Assembly (NCBI GenBank): GCA_964591855.1
Contig: CAZQAZ010000002.1
Coordinates: forward strand, 1-34,850
Reading direction: 5' to 3'
Length of the DNA stretch: 34,850 nt
DNA from: Candidatus Woesearchaeota archaeon
GTDB taxonomy: Archaea > Nanobdellota > Nanobdellia > CAZCWL01 > CAZQAZ01
Positions 17,624 through 26,495 of this stretch are shown here, one piece after another. The notes under the pieces were generated by a model. The model did no database searches. It was not told where the DNA came from and worked only from the letters and a program-made list of their open reading frames with translations. Each line of letters starts with the position of its first letter. Position 1 is the stretch's first letter. Both the position numbers and the translations under genes were made by a program.

Positions 17624-18196
17624 ATGGCAGAGCCTTTGTACCTTGTAACAAGAACAGGAGTTGCTAGTTACTTTTTGCCATTCCTACTTGTATTCGCAGT
17701 AGTTTATGCTTTCCTTGCTAAGACGAAGTTAGCAGGTGACAGGTCTGATATTAATGCTGTGATAGCATTGGTCGTGGCTTTCTTATCTATCCTTTCTGAG
17801 GGATTTAGGATTTTCATCTTAGGTTTTATACCTTATGCTGCAGTGCTTTTCCTTTTATTGTTCTTAGGCATTTTCATGTATGCAATATTTGGTGCAAGTG
17901 AGAAAGACATAGAGAAAGTTTTAAAGAACCCAAGTTTTTATTATCCTCTTGCGATTATATTTATAATCTTAGTGTTCATAGCTGCTGCACAGCAAGGGCT
18001 CTTTTCGAAGGCTTACAATTATACCAATTATACAAATGCTACGGGAGTTCCAGGCCAGTCTGGTACTTTAGTAGGGCCAGGTGCAGCCACAGTTATATTT
18101 GGCAGCCCAGTAGTTTTAGGTATGATTGTACTCTTAGTTTTGATGGCTATAGCTATGTATTTTATTGCTAAGCCTGAAGAGGAAAAGAAAGAATAA
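17624..18196 (+). CDS. Unknown multi-TM membrane protein (paralog C)
   Basis: FLPFLLVFAVVYAFL...DINAVIALVV motif; GGAGGT Shine-Dalgarno upstream; loop NYTNYTNAT. Confidence 0.82.
   Translation: MAEPLYLVTRTGVASYFLPFLLVFAVVYAFLAKTKLAGDRSDINAVIALVVAFLSILSEGFRIFILGFIPYAAVLFLLLFLGIFMYAIFGASEKDIEKVLKNPSFYYPLAIIFIILVFIAAAQQGLFSKAYNYTNYTNATGVPGQSGTLVGPGAATVIFGSPVVLGMIVLLVLMAIAMYFIAKPEEEKKE
17671..17698 (+). repeat. 28-bp exact direct repeat, copy 2
   Basis: Identical to 16518-16545. Confidence 0.9.
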
Positions 18197-18201
18197 AAGC
18201 T

Positions 18202-18885
18202 TTATTTGCTCTTCTTATGTTTATGCTTCTCTACAATTTCTCTTAGTTCCTTTACGCTATCCGACAAAGAAGGGATTATATTCTTCATAACCTTCTCCAT
18301 TGACTGCACGCTTACTCCAACATTCTCCATCGTTTTATCATAGTCTTCTAGCTTTTCAAGTAGCATCTTGTTGACGGAATCAAGTCTCTTGTTTAAGTCT
18401 TCTATTTTTGACTCCAAGCTCATGATCTTAGAGTTGACATCAGCTTTCCACTTGTCAAGGCCGGAGTATTTCTTTTCAACCTCTTCCCACTTCTCATCTA
18501 GCATTCTCTCTAAAATCCTCTCGACCTTCTCCACATCTATTTCTTCTTTTTCTTCGGTTGGTAGTTCTAAAGGCTTTGATGGTAAAGGCTCCGCAGGATT
18601 TTCTATCTCCGGCTCAGGAGAAGGTGTGGTAAATGTTTCAGGTGGCTGAACTTCAGGTTTAACTCCTGGAACTTCTGGAGGTGTGGGAAACTCTTGACCG
18701 CCAACAGCTGTTGTCTTGATATCAACTTGTGTGATCGCATCTCTGATCTGGGCTAAAGAATACCCTTTCTTCTTAAGATAAGAAATTATGTCCTCATTTG
18801 GTAAACCCTTTTTCCTTAACTCCATTACTTCTTGCACTGGGGCTTCTTTCACTTCAGGTTCAGGTTTCTTTCCGAAAAGCATCAA
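18202..18885 (-). CDS. Hypothetical protein: small helical N-domain, Pro/Glu-rich linker, long coiled coil
   Basis: LRKKGLPNEDIISYLKKKGYSLAQIRDAI, then a PEVPGVKPEVQPPE linker and heptad repeats; start overlaps the stop of the upstream gene. Confidence 0.8.
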   Translation of the reverse strand: MMLFGKKPEPEVKEAPVQEVMELRKKGLPNEDIISYLKKKGYSLAQIRDAITQVDIKTTAVGGQEFPTPPEVPGVKPEVQPPETFTTPSPEPEIENPAEPLPSKPLELPTEEKEEIDVEKVERILERMLDEKWEEVEKKYSGLDKWKADVNSKIMSLESKIEDLNKRLDSVNKMLLEKLEDYDKTMENVGVSVQSMEKVMKNIIPSLSDSVKELREIVEKHKHKKSK

Positions 18886-19271
18886 ACATCACCCTTTTCT
18901 TTTAGTTCTTTTACAATCTTTATAACATCTTCCTTACTTAAAAACCTTGTTGGGTCAAGGTAATCTAAGTATTTGGACAGAACTGCCACTTCTCTTTTCT
19001 TTGCGGTGTCTTTTAATTCGAGCATTATATGCTTGATTGCATCTTGTACTTCAAGCATATCACTTTTTAGTCTCCTTGTGGTATGTTCTAACTTACCAAC
19101 TTCGTCTTTAAGGTCTCTTGTCTTATCTATTAAGTTTCTATCAACAACGTCTATCTTCTGTTTGAGTATGTCCACCCTTCCTTCAAGTGCTCTTATCCTC
19201 TCGCTAAGTTCAGAGAGCTTTTTTGTTATGTATCTGCTGTATTCTATTTGGGTTTGTGTCTCTTTTGCCAT
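18882..19271 (-). CDS. Hypothetical coiled-coil protein
   Basis: Continuous heptads (LSELSERIRALEGRVDILKQKI...). Start placed at MAKETQ (19271) to avoid overlap with the divergent ATPase. Confidence 0.8.
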   Translation of the reverse strand: MAKETQTQIEYSRYITKKLSELSERIRALEGRVDILKQKIDVVDRNLIDKTRDLKDEVGKLEHTTRRLKSDMLEVQDAIKHIMLELKDTAKKREVAVLSKYLDYLDPTRFLSKEDVIKIVKELKEKGDV

Positions 19272-19289
19272 GATTAATTTAATAAACTT

Positions 19290-19307
19290 CAAAGTTATAT
19301 AACTTTG
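19290..19307. promoter_or_regulatory. Perfect 18-bp palindrome containing a TATA box in the divergent promoter region
   Basis: CAAAGTTATATAACTTTG equals its own reverse complement and ends 1 bp before the ATPase ATG. Confidence 0.65.
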
Positions 19308-19308
19308 T

Positions 19309-21564
19309 ATGAACAATGAAATTAAGTACAAAGTAGAGAGAGAAGGCTCAGAAAAGATTTTAACATTTGATTACACGAAATCTGTCATCTACCCTTCTAT
19401 TGAGGACAATGAAGAGGTTATGGAACAAGCAGTTAATGCTATAATAGAAGTTGGGAGGGTTACTACCCTCATCTTCATGGCTGAAAGGAATTATATTTAT
19501 GACTTCAAGCAGACAAACCTCCTTAATCAAATAGCAGAGCTATACATTGATTTAACAAAGGTAAAAGACATAATGGGACCAAAGTACATGGGTGAACTTT
19601 GTCCCGAGCATTATCCCAAAAGATTGTTTTACATAAGAAAGATTGTGTTGGAGATGTTCAAGAAGGATCCTATTGGGGCCTATGTTGAAACAGTAAGAGC
19701 CTTAAGAAAAGAGGAGATAGAGGAAACAAACCACCCGAAATGTAAGAAGACAACAATACGCTTACTTAAAACAATCAAGGAAGAACTTGAAATGGCAGAC
19801 CTGATAAAGGCTGCCAAACCTTTTCTAGCAGGTTACATAATTGGTGACAGGAGAATATACAGGAAGTTCTTCATACCACAGATAAGGCCTAACTTCATGT
19901 ACACAAGACTTATGGCCGAACCTCCCACTATGGGCGAGGAGGTTGAAACATACAGCATAGATAAAGACACAGAGGTTACTATATATAGAATTCCTGGAAA
20001 GGCAAGGTTGTTGTATCAAATTAATCCTCCTGAGTTTAAGCTTAAAGAGGATGAGTATGTTCTATTAGATGAGGTTAGAGACATCTTAACCAAGTATAAA
20101 CCTAAGGAAGAAGAGTTCACAAACCCACAAAGAATGAGAGACGTCTTCTTTAACATCTCAAAAGATCTGTTAGCAAAAATAGCGGAGGAGAGGAAGATAA
20201 AACTTAGCTACGAAAGGCTTCAGAGGTTGGCGAAGATACTTGTTAGATTAACTGTTGGCATAGGTTTAGTTGAGGTGATGTTAAAGGATAAGAGATTAGA
20301 AGACGTGTACATAAATGCTCCAGTAGGTATGACTCCTATTTACATAAAGCATGCGGATTATGGAGAGTGTGAGACTAATGTTTACCCTAACCCAAGGGAA
20401 GTTCAAACATGGGCAACAAGGTTTAGGATGATATCGTCTAGACCTCTTGATGAAGCAAACCCAGTTTTGGACTTCGACCTTGAGCTACCAAATGTTAACA
20501 CCAGAATAGCAGCCGTCCAACAGCCCTTGAGCCCAAGAGGTATTGCCATAGCTTTCAGAAGACACAGAGAAAGACCATTCACACTTCCTTTACTAATAAA
20601 ATACAAGTCTATAACACCATTTGCTGCAGGACTGCTGTCATTTTTAATAGATGGGAATAGGAGCTTTCTAATAGCAGGTACGAGAGGTTCTGGTAAAACT
20701 TCATTTCTATCTGCAATGATGGTTGAGATCATGAGAAAGTTTAGGATCATAACAGTAGAAGATACTCTTGAGTTACCAACCAGCTATTTGAGAAGGATAG
20801 GATATAACATTCTCCCAATTAAAGTTAGAAGTGCGATAAGTGGAGAGACATCTGAGTTTTCAGCTGAGAAAGGACTAAGAACCACGTTACGTTTAGGTGA
20901 TTCTTCTTTGATAGTTGGAGAGGTTAGATCAGAAGAAGCAAGAGCTTTGTACGAAGCTATGAGAGTTGGTGCTCTGGCAAATGTTGTAGCTGGTACTATA
21001 CATGGAGACTCACCATATGGTGTGTTTGATAGGGTTGTTAATGACTTGGGTGTCCCAAGGACATCATTCAAAGCAACAGACATAATAATCATAGCAAATA
21101 AGATCAAAACCCCAGATCAATTGTCTGAGATAAGAAGGGTTACGAGCATAACAGAAGTAAAGAAGCATTGGGAGAAGGATCCACTCTTAGAGAAAGGTTT
21201 CATGGACTTAATGAGATACGATGCCAAGAAGGACATGTTAAAACCAACGAAGGCTTTACTTGAAGGAGAGTCGGATGTTGTTAAGTCTATTGCAGTCAAT
21301 GTTAGAGAGTGGGTTGGGAATTGGGATGCGGTGTTAGAGAATATTAACCTTAGAGCCGATGCAAAGAGAATGCTTGTAGAGTACTCGGATAAAATAAACA
21401 ACACAGAGATACTTGAGGCGGACTTTGTGGTTGATTATAATGATGCATTTCACACTTTATATGCTCAGCTTAAAGAAGAATATGGTTACGTTGAGCCAAA
21501 GAAGCTTCTTTCTGAGTTAGAGGATTGGCTAAAGACAAAGATAAGAGAGGGAAGGTATGCCTAA
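19309..21564 (+). CDS. Type II/IV secretion-pilus assembly ATPase (VirB11/CpaF/ArlI family) with long N-terminal extension
   Basis: Walker A GTRGSGKT, Asp box TVEDTLEL, LRL, Walker B LIVGEVR, His box GTIHG, and RRVTSITEV. Confidence 0.95.
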   Translation: MNNEIKYKVEREGSEKILTFDYTKSVIYPSIEDNEEVMEQAVNAIIEVGRVTTLIFMAERNYIYDFKQTNLLNQIAELYIDLTKVKDIMGPKYMGELCPEHYPKRLFYIRKIVLEMFKKDPIGAYVETVRALRKEEIEETNHPKCKKTTIRLLKTIKEELEMADLIKAAKPFLAGYIIGDRRIYRKFFIPQIRPNFMYTRLMAEPPTMGEEVETYSIDKDTEVTIYRIPGKARLLYQINPPEFKLKEDEYVLLDEVRDILTKYKPKEEEFTNPQRMRDVFFNISKDLLAKIAEERKIKLSYERLQRLAKILVRLTVGIGLVEVMLKDKRLEDVYINAPVGMTPIYIKHADYGECETNVYPNPREVQTWATRFRMISSRPLDEANPVLDFDLELPNVNTRIAAVQQPLSPRGIAIAFRRHRERPFTLPLLIKYKSITPFAAGLLSFLIDGNRSFLIAGTRGSGKTSFLSAMMVEIMRKFRIITVEDTLELPTSYLRRIGYNILPIKVRSAISGETSEFSAEKGLRTTLRLGDSSLIVGEVRSEEARALYEAMRVGALANVVAGTIHGDSPYGVFDRVVNDLGVPRTSFKATDIIIIANKIKTPDQLSEIRRVTSITEVKKHWEKDPLLEKGFMDLMRYDAKKDMLKPTKALLEGESDVVKSIAVNVREWVGNWDAVLENINLRADAKRMLVEYSDKINNTEILEADFVVDYNDAFHTLYAQLKEEYGYVEPKKLLSELEDWLKTKIREGRYA

Positions 21565-23617
21565 AGTCAATGAAACCGAAGAAGAAAAAATAGTTAAGAA
21601 CTTGTTTCAAAGGTACTTGGAAAAGCAAAAAAAGAAAGCAGAGATCACTTCAAGAGAGTACAAGCTATTCACAAAAAAATACGTTCCTCAAGAAGTAAGG
21701 CTATACTACAACCTCGTTAAGAAAATCTCAAAATTCTTTAAAGTTAAAGCCCCAGCGAAACAAAAGGAGAAGTTAGACGATGCTTTGAAGAAAGTTTACC
21801 TGCCATTAACAGCTGATGAGGTTGTATCCTTTTCTTACTTTGTGCTCATTGTAGCTTTGATTGTGTCTATAGGAGCTTTTTTTGTGTACCCCTTACTGGG
21901 TGCATTGCTTGTTCCGTTTTCTATTCTATTGTTTTATAACCTGTACAATTATCCAATAACCTTGTATCTTGTGCAGAAGGCAAGAGCGTCAACAGAACTT
22001 ATACTCTCTATTCTTTATATAGTTATATTTATGCAAACCACTCCAAACCTTGAGAATGCTTTAAAATTTGCAGCTGATAATCTTCGTGGACCACTCTCAA
22101 GAGATTTTCAGAAGATACTTTGGGATCTTCAGGCAGCCAAATATCCAACCTTAGCAGACGCCCTTAACGAGTATGTGCTACAGTGGGAGGATAAGAATAA
22201 GGCATATATGGATGCAATCCATCTTATTGAAGCTTCACTTTCCCAAACTGACGAAAAGAGAAGGTTAGCAATGCTTGAGGGAGCTCTTAATAGAATATTA
22301 AGTGGGACTATAGAGGTTATGAACCACTATGTCAATGAGGTAAAAACACCTGTTGATGCTCTTTTCATGCTTGGTGTCACACTTCCTGTTATGGGTCTTG
22401 TTTTATTTCCAATCATTGGAGCATTTATGGGTGGTGTGATATCGGCTGGAATGTTGTTTGTGTTCTATGACATAGCTATCCCCGCGATGGTCATGATAAT
22501 AGGAAGGAATATCCTTCAGAAGAGACCTGTGGCATTTAGACAGCCAGATGTGTATAACCATCCTGAAGCTCCAAAGAAATGGCATTTCAAGTTCATGAAG
22601 TGGCAGATACCTTCTATTGTTCCAGCGATCTTGGTTTTCCTTGCATTCTTCCTACCTTTCCTTTATTACTTCCTTAACTTTAGGGGTGGGCTAGAGAATC
22701 CCAAAACAGCGGATGTATACATGAGTTTTCTATTCACGCTTTCTATAGGTATGGGTATATGGGCATTCGCATACTTTGAGTCTCATCAGAAAATGAAGAT
22801 AAGAGAGAAGATAAAAGATATTGAGACCCACTTCGCTGACGCTATATTCCAAGTTGGTAATAGAATGGCTGAAGGTTTCCCACCAGAAACAGCTTTGATA
22901 AAGACTGCTAACTCTATGAGGGGCACGACTTTCTATGGATTTATATGGAGGATTGTACACAATTTGAATGATCTTGGTATGAATCTTAGAGATGCGATAT
23001 TCAATAAAGTTAGTGGTGCAGTGAAGTTTTTCCCAAGCCCAATGATAGAATCCGCTATGAAGATATTTGTATCAAGTGCTGAGAAAAGCCCAGACGTAGC
23101 TGCGAAAGCATTGATTTCTATTTCAAGGTACCTTAAGAAGGTTCACGACATAGAGGAGAAGGTTAACGATGTGATGAGTGAGATTCTCAGCAACATGAGA
23201 TTCCAAGCATCTTTCATAGCACCAATGATATCAGGTATAGTCGTTGGTTTAACTACTATGATAATTAGGGTGCTATTCGCTATACGGGGTAAGACTGAAT
23301 TGTTGCAGCAAGCCCTTACACAGCAAGGTCAGATGGGTCTAGGAATGTTCGGATTTGGTATGTTTAAGATCTCAAATACACTTCCATTGGATGTATTTCA
23401 AATTATTGTTGGGGTTTACATGTTAGAGGTAGTTATAATTTCTTCTAGTTTGTCTGCTCAGATCAAATATGGAGACGATAAACTTCAAATCCTGCACAAT
23501 ATTGCTACCCTTCTTCTTCCAGCAATACTTGTTTACTTGGCGGTCTCGTTAATAACAACGTTCCTATTCTCTTCTATAGCAGATCTGGCAATTGCCGTTG
23601 GTGCAGCTACAGGATAA
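21557..23617 (+). CDS. Pilus platform membrane protein (TadC/ArlJ, two T2SSF-like domains)
   Basis: Overlaps the ATPase stop. TM clusters alternate with two cytoplasmic domains (NLENALKFAA..GPLSRDF; FADAIFQVGNRMAEGFPPETAL). Confidence 0.88.
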   Translation: MPKVNETEEEKIVKNLFQRYLEKQKKKAEITSREYKLFTKKYVPQEVRLYYNLVKKISKFFKVKAPAKQKEKLDDALKKVYLPLTADEVVSFSYFVLIVALIVSIGAFFVYPLLGALLVPFSILLFYNLYNYPITLYLVQKARASTELILSILYIVIFMQTTPNLENALKFAADNLRGPLSRDFQKILWDLQAAKYPTLADALNEYVLQWEDKNKAYMDAIHLIEASLSQTDEKRRLAMLEGALNRILSGTIEVMNHYVNEVKTPVDALFMLGVTLPVMGLVLFPIIGAFMGGVISAGMLFVFYDIAIPAMVMIIGRNILQKRPVAFRQPDVYNHPEAPKKWHFKFMKWQIPSIVPAILVFLAFFLPFLYYFLNFRGGLENPKTADVYMSFLFTLSIGMGIWAFAYFESHQKMKIREKIKDIETHFADAIFQVGNRMAEGFPPETALIKTANSMRGTTFYGFIWRIVHNLNDLGMNLRDAIFNKVSGAVKFFPSPMIESAMKIFVSSAEKSPDVAAKALISISRYLKKVHDIEEKVNDVMSEILSNMRFQASFIAPMISGIVVGLTTMIIRVLFAIRGKTELLQQALTQQGQMGLGMFGFGMFKISNTLPLDVFQIIVGVYMLEVVIISSSLSAQIKYGDDKLQILHNIATLLLPAILVYLAVSLITTFLFSSIADLAIAVGAATG

Positions 23618-23666
23618 GTATAATAAGGTTTTTATAGTTCCGTTTTTATTATTATTCTATAAAATA

Positions 23667-23673
23667 AGGAGGT
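23667..23673 (+). promoter_or_regulatory. Strong Shine-Dalgarno site of the pilin gene
   Basis: AGGAGGT 6 nt before ATG 23680; TTTTTATA TATA-like box at about 23629-23636. Confidence 0.65.
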
Positions 23674-23679
23674 CTCAAG

Positions 23680-24081
23680 ATGAAAGCACAAGGTTTGCCT
23701 TTGAACTTTGTAATTTTAGGTGCTTTGGCACTTTTGGTGTTAGTAGTTGCAGTAGCTTTCTTCATGTCAGGTACGGCAACCCTTTCAACAGCGGTGAGTC
23801 AACAACAAGTCCAGACGACATGTAACAATTTGTGTAACCAAATAAACAGAGAAGTGCAGAAGAATTATACTCTATCCGCAACTATGTGTAACTCTACGAG
23901 CAATGCATGTCTTGGGGGGAACGCATTAAATTTGGCAGAAAAGTTCGTACAGACAACCTATAAAGTCTCAGGGCTTGGGGAAGTAACATGTTACAACATT
24001 ACTTCTTGTGAGGTAACGTTCAGAGACGCAACTAACTGCCTCATAACACCTGCTAGTGGTATTAAGGTTACATGTATATAA
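23680..24081 (+). CDS. Type IV pilin with class III signal peptide (probable major pilin)
   Basis: MKA|QGLPLNFVILGALALLVLVVAVAFF; 8 Cys; sequons NYT, NST, NIT; directly after the ATPase and platform genes. Confidence 0.85.
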   Translation: MKAQGLPLNFVILGALALLVLVVAVAFFMSGTATLSTAVSQQQVQTTCNNLCNQINREVQKNYTLSATMCNSTSNACLGGNALNLAEKFVQTTYKVSGLGEVTCYNITSCEVTFRDATNCLITPASGIKVTCI

Positions 24082-24086
24082 AGAAC

Positions 24087-24108
24087 TTTTCTTTTCTTTT
24101 TCTCTTTT
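24087..24108 (+). terminator. Oligo-U archaeal terminator after the pilin gene
   Basis: TTTTCTTTTCTTTTTCTCTTTT begins 6 nt after the stop. Confidence 0.65.
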
Positions 24109-24139
24109 AGTAACGTATTTAATTTAATAGCTTTTTAGA

Positions 24140-26335
24140 ATGGGTATGGGATTTAGGAAGGCGGCTGAGCCACACCAAGCGATATTGATTTTTATATTAG
24201 GTCTTGTTACTTTCTCATTTATTCTATTTGGTATAGTTAGTGTGATATGCGGAACGATAGTTGGTTTTTCACAATTTAGTGGTAAGGACTTATTATGTAA
24301 AATACCGCATGCTGAAAGCGTATTTGCATCAGAAGATGAGGAGGATGTTGATATCTTCGGTGTGAGCTTGGCATCTAAAAGAATAGATGCGAATGTGCTT
24401 GCGTTGGATTTCAAACTTGATAATCTTGCGAGGGGTATATTGCCAGGGGCTGGGCTATGTACAGCAGATGTTGGTTGCTATTTGGGAAGTAGGATGTTGC
24501 CACCTTATTCTAATAAGGTGTACAGAACAGTTTATGCAGGGACTTATCCTTGTGAAGTTCCAGTTGTGCCAAAAGGAGACGATCCAATTTTCCAAGGTGA
24601 GAGCGAGGACCTGAAGTTCACAGCAAGAGTCAGTGGGAATTGCATGTACACAGAGACGGTGTTGGAGAATAACACTGTTGTAGTTAGTAGCGAAGACATA
24701 GTGGAGCAACAGGATGGGACAAAGATACATTATCTACTTGATCCTGTGAACTTTGCAGTTTATGAGGATGAAATTAAAGACGATGAGATAGCATTGAAAG
24801 TTGCTAAGATTAACAATCCAAATCATGACGACCCTGTGACGATCTCAGTAACAGGGATGACAAGTAGAGGTTTCAGAAAGATTTTGATGAGTGATGTTAT
24901 GGATTGGGATTCATGTAGCGATTATGTGTGCGAGAGTATACTCACTTTTCCAAGAGGAGATTCAGCGAAAAAATGCGGGGACACTCTTGCAGCCTTTCTT
25001 TCGAGATCTGTATACGAAATAAACAAAAGTGATAATTCAATTGTGATATCCGATGATAGTAGTGGGGACTTTGTTAAAGAGAATGTGATTCTTTCTAAGG
25101 AGGATGTTCTAAACACATCCCTTGAGAAAGGAAAGTACTTCTATCAAGTATTTAAAGTTGGTAAGGACACAAATGTTAAAGGTGTGTTTGTGTTTGGTAG
25201 AGTAAAGGAAAGTTATGTTGGGTCGGGTTCACTTCCGAAGGTGAATATTGATGTGTATGATTTTACCACTGGTGATACTCTGTACTCGGGTTCTATCCCT
25301 GTTAGTGAAGTCTTTTTGAGCGAGTTTGAATTTCCAGAAAGCAAGGCTGTTAGTAGGGGTGATGTGTTACTTTTGAGGATAAGTTCAGGCGATGCAGACT
25401 TAGAGATCTACAATTCATTCCTCAACAATGATTTATTGAGTTTCATGGGATATAACAAGACAGACTCTCCTGTAAGCGATCTGGGAAGCTTAGATATTAG
25501 CACTGATCAGATGTATTATCTTTATCCTATACTAGACGATACCGATTATAAGTTCAGGCTTAATCTATTACTTAACAGTCCTTACTCATCTTTAGACATA
25601 TATAATCTAACCGTTAATTTGACAAGCAATTTAATAGATAGTAGAGACAGTCTTCAATTTAAGATAAAGTTTGGCGATTCGGAAGAGGAGCACACTATGG
25701 ATTGTACACTCTACCAGGGAGAGTTAAGTAACGTGTACTGTGAATTCGATCCAGATGGTCCAGTAGTGATACCTAGCCCTGGAGAGATAGAGATTGTGTT
25801 TGATGACTTAAGACCATTGGAGGTACCTGTGTTTACGGAGTCTGACGAAGGCGTCGTGTCAGGCCCAAAGTTAGCATTTGAAAACATACTTTTTTCAACA
25901 CCAATAGTTCCAAATATGAGCATAGGGATGGGGCACTACCCCCTTTTAGAGTGTTACACGTTCAAGGTTTATGATGGGGGATATGTGAGTGATACTTCGG
26001 ATGTAAATGATGTTGTAACCTTTTTGAAAAGTGAAAAAGATGCTGAGGCTAAGGTGTCCGACAGTCCTGACGGCAAGAACATAGTTTACATCGATGAGGG
26101 TTCTTCAATAAGTGTAGACGATCTTAACCCTGCAAGCAAGGATTATTTCTTTACATATATATACTCCCAATTGTTTGGAGAGAATTATGGCTATGGTGTT
26201 GGTGGTACGAGTGAGATACTCTACTTGGATTACTCGAACCAAAAAGTGATATACGAGAAGAGCCCTGACTCTAGTGTGGATGAGAAAGCGTTGGTAGCAG
26301 CCTTAGTATGGGCTACTGGAAAGGTGGTGAGTTGA
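24140..26335 (+). CDS. Large acidic N-anchored surface protein, possible class III signal (731 aa)
   Basis: MGMGFRKA|AEPHQAILIFILG plus a hydrophobic helix; Asp/Glu/Ser/Val-rich beta-type body with several Cys and sequons. Confidence 0.72.
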   Translation: MGMGFRKAAEPHQAILIFILGLVTFSFILFGIVSVICGTIVGFSQFSGKDLLCKIPHAESVFASEDEEDVDIFGVSLASKRIDANVLALDFKLDNLARGILPGAGLCTADVGCYLGSRMLPPYSNKVYRTVYAGTYPCEVPVVPKGDDPIFQGESEDLKFTARVSGNCMYTETVLENNTVVVSSEDIVEQQDGTKIHYLLDPVNFAVYEDEIKDDEIALKVAKINNPNHDDPVTISVTGMTSRGFRKILMSDVMDWDSCSDYVCESILTFPRGDSAKKCGDTLAAFLSRSVYEINKSDNSIVISDDSSGDFVKENVILSKEDVLNTSLEKGKYFYQVFKVGKDTNVKGVFVFGRVKESYVGSGSLPKVNIDVYDFTTGDTLYSGSIPVSEVFLSEFEFPESKAVSRGDVLLLRISSGDADLEIYNSFLNNDLLSFMGYNKTDSPVSDLGSLDISTDQMYYLYPILDDTDYKFRLNLLLNSPYSSLDIYNLTVNLTSNLIDSRDSLQFKIKFGDSEEEHTMDCTLYQGELSNVYCEFDPDGPVVIPSPGEIEIVFDDLRPLEVPVFTESDEGVVSGPKLAFENILFSTPIVPNMSIGMGHYPLLECYTFKVYDGGYVSDTSDVNDVVTFLKSEKDAEAKVSDSPDGKNIVYIDEGSSISVDDLNPASKDYFFTYIYSQLFGENYGYGVGGTSEILYLDYSNQKVIYEKSPDSSVDEKALVAALVWATGKVVS

Positions 26336-26491
26336 ATGGTATCGGAATCATTTGAGCGTGTTGTTATGTTAATACTTGTACTTATATTTATAGCTTTGAT
26401 AGCAGGAATACTATTCATACTCTTTTCGGGTGCTAAAGGGAACATAGGTAGTAGTCAAACTGTATACTCTTTGGCTAAGCTGTGGAGTTGA
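26336..26491 (+). CDS. Mini pilin-like membrane peptide (51 aa), not in the ORF track
   Basis: Hand translation MVSESFERVVMLILVLIFIALIAGILFILFSGAKGNIGSSQTVYSLAKLWS*. ATG abuts the upstream TGA, GGTGGTGA precedes it, and it ends 4 nt before the next ATG. Confidence 0.75.
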   Translation: MVSESFERVVMLILVLIFIALIAGILFILFSGAKGNIGSSQTVYSLAKLWS

Positions 26492-26495
26492 AACA

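Noticed and set aside
16518-17698. CRISPR repeat or att sites
   Set aside because: Only two copies, both in frame within paralogous genes; no spacers, cas genes or integrase.
23592-23825. 77-aa alternative-frame ORF over the pilin gene
   Set aside because: Non-ATG start, spans the promoter/SD region and overlaps the pilin, which has a clear SD and signal peptide.
19309-24081. Archaellum operon (arlI/arlJ/arlB)
   Set aside because: No ArlH (KaiC-like), ArlF/G or archaellin-type N-terminus (GIGTLIVFIAMVLVAAV) in the window.
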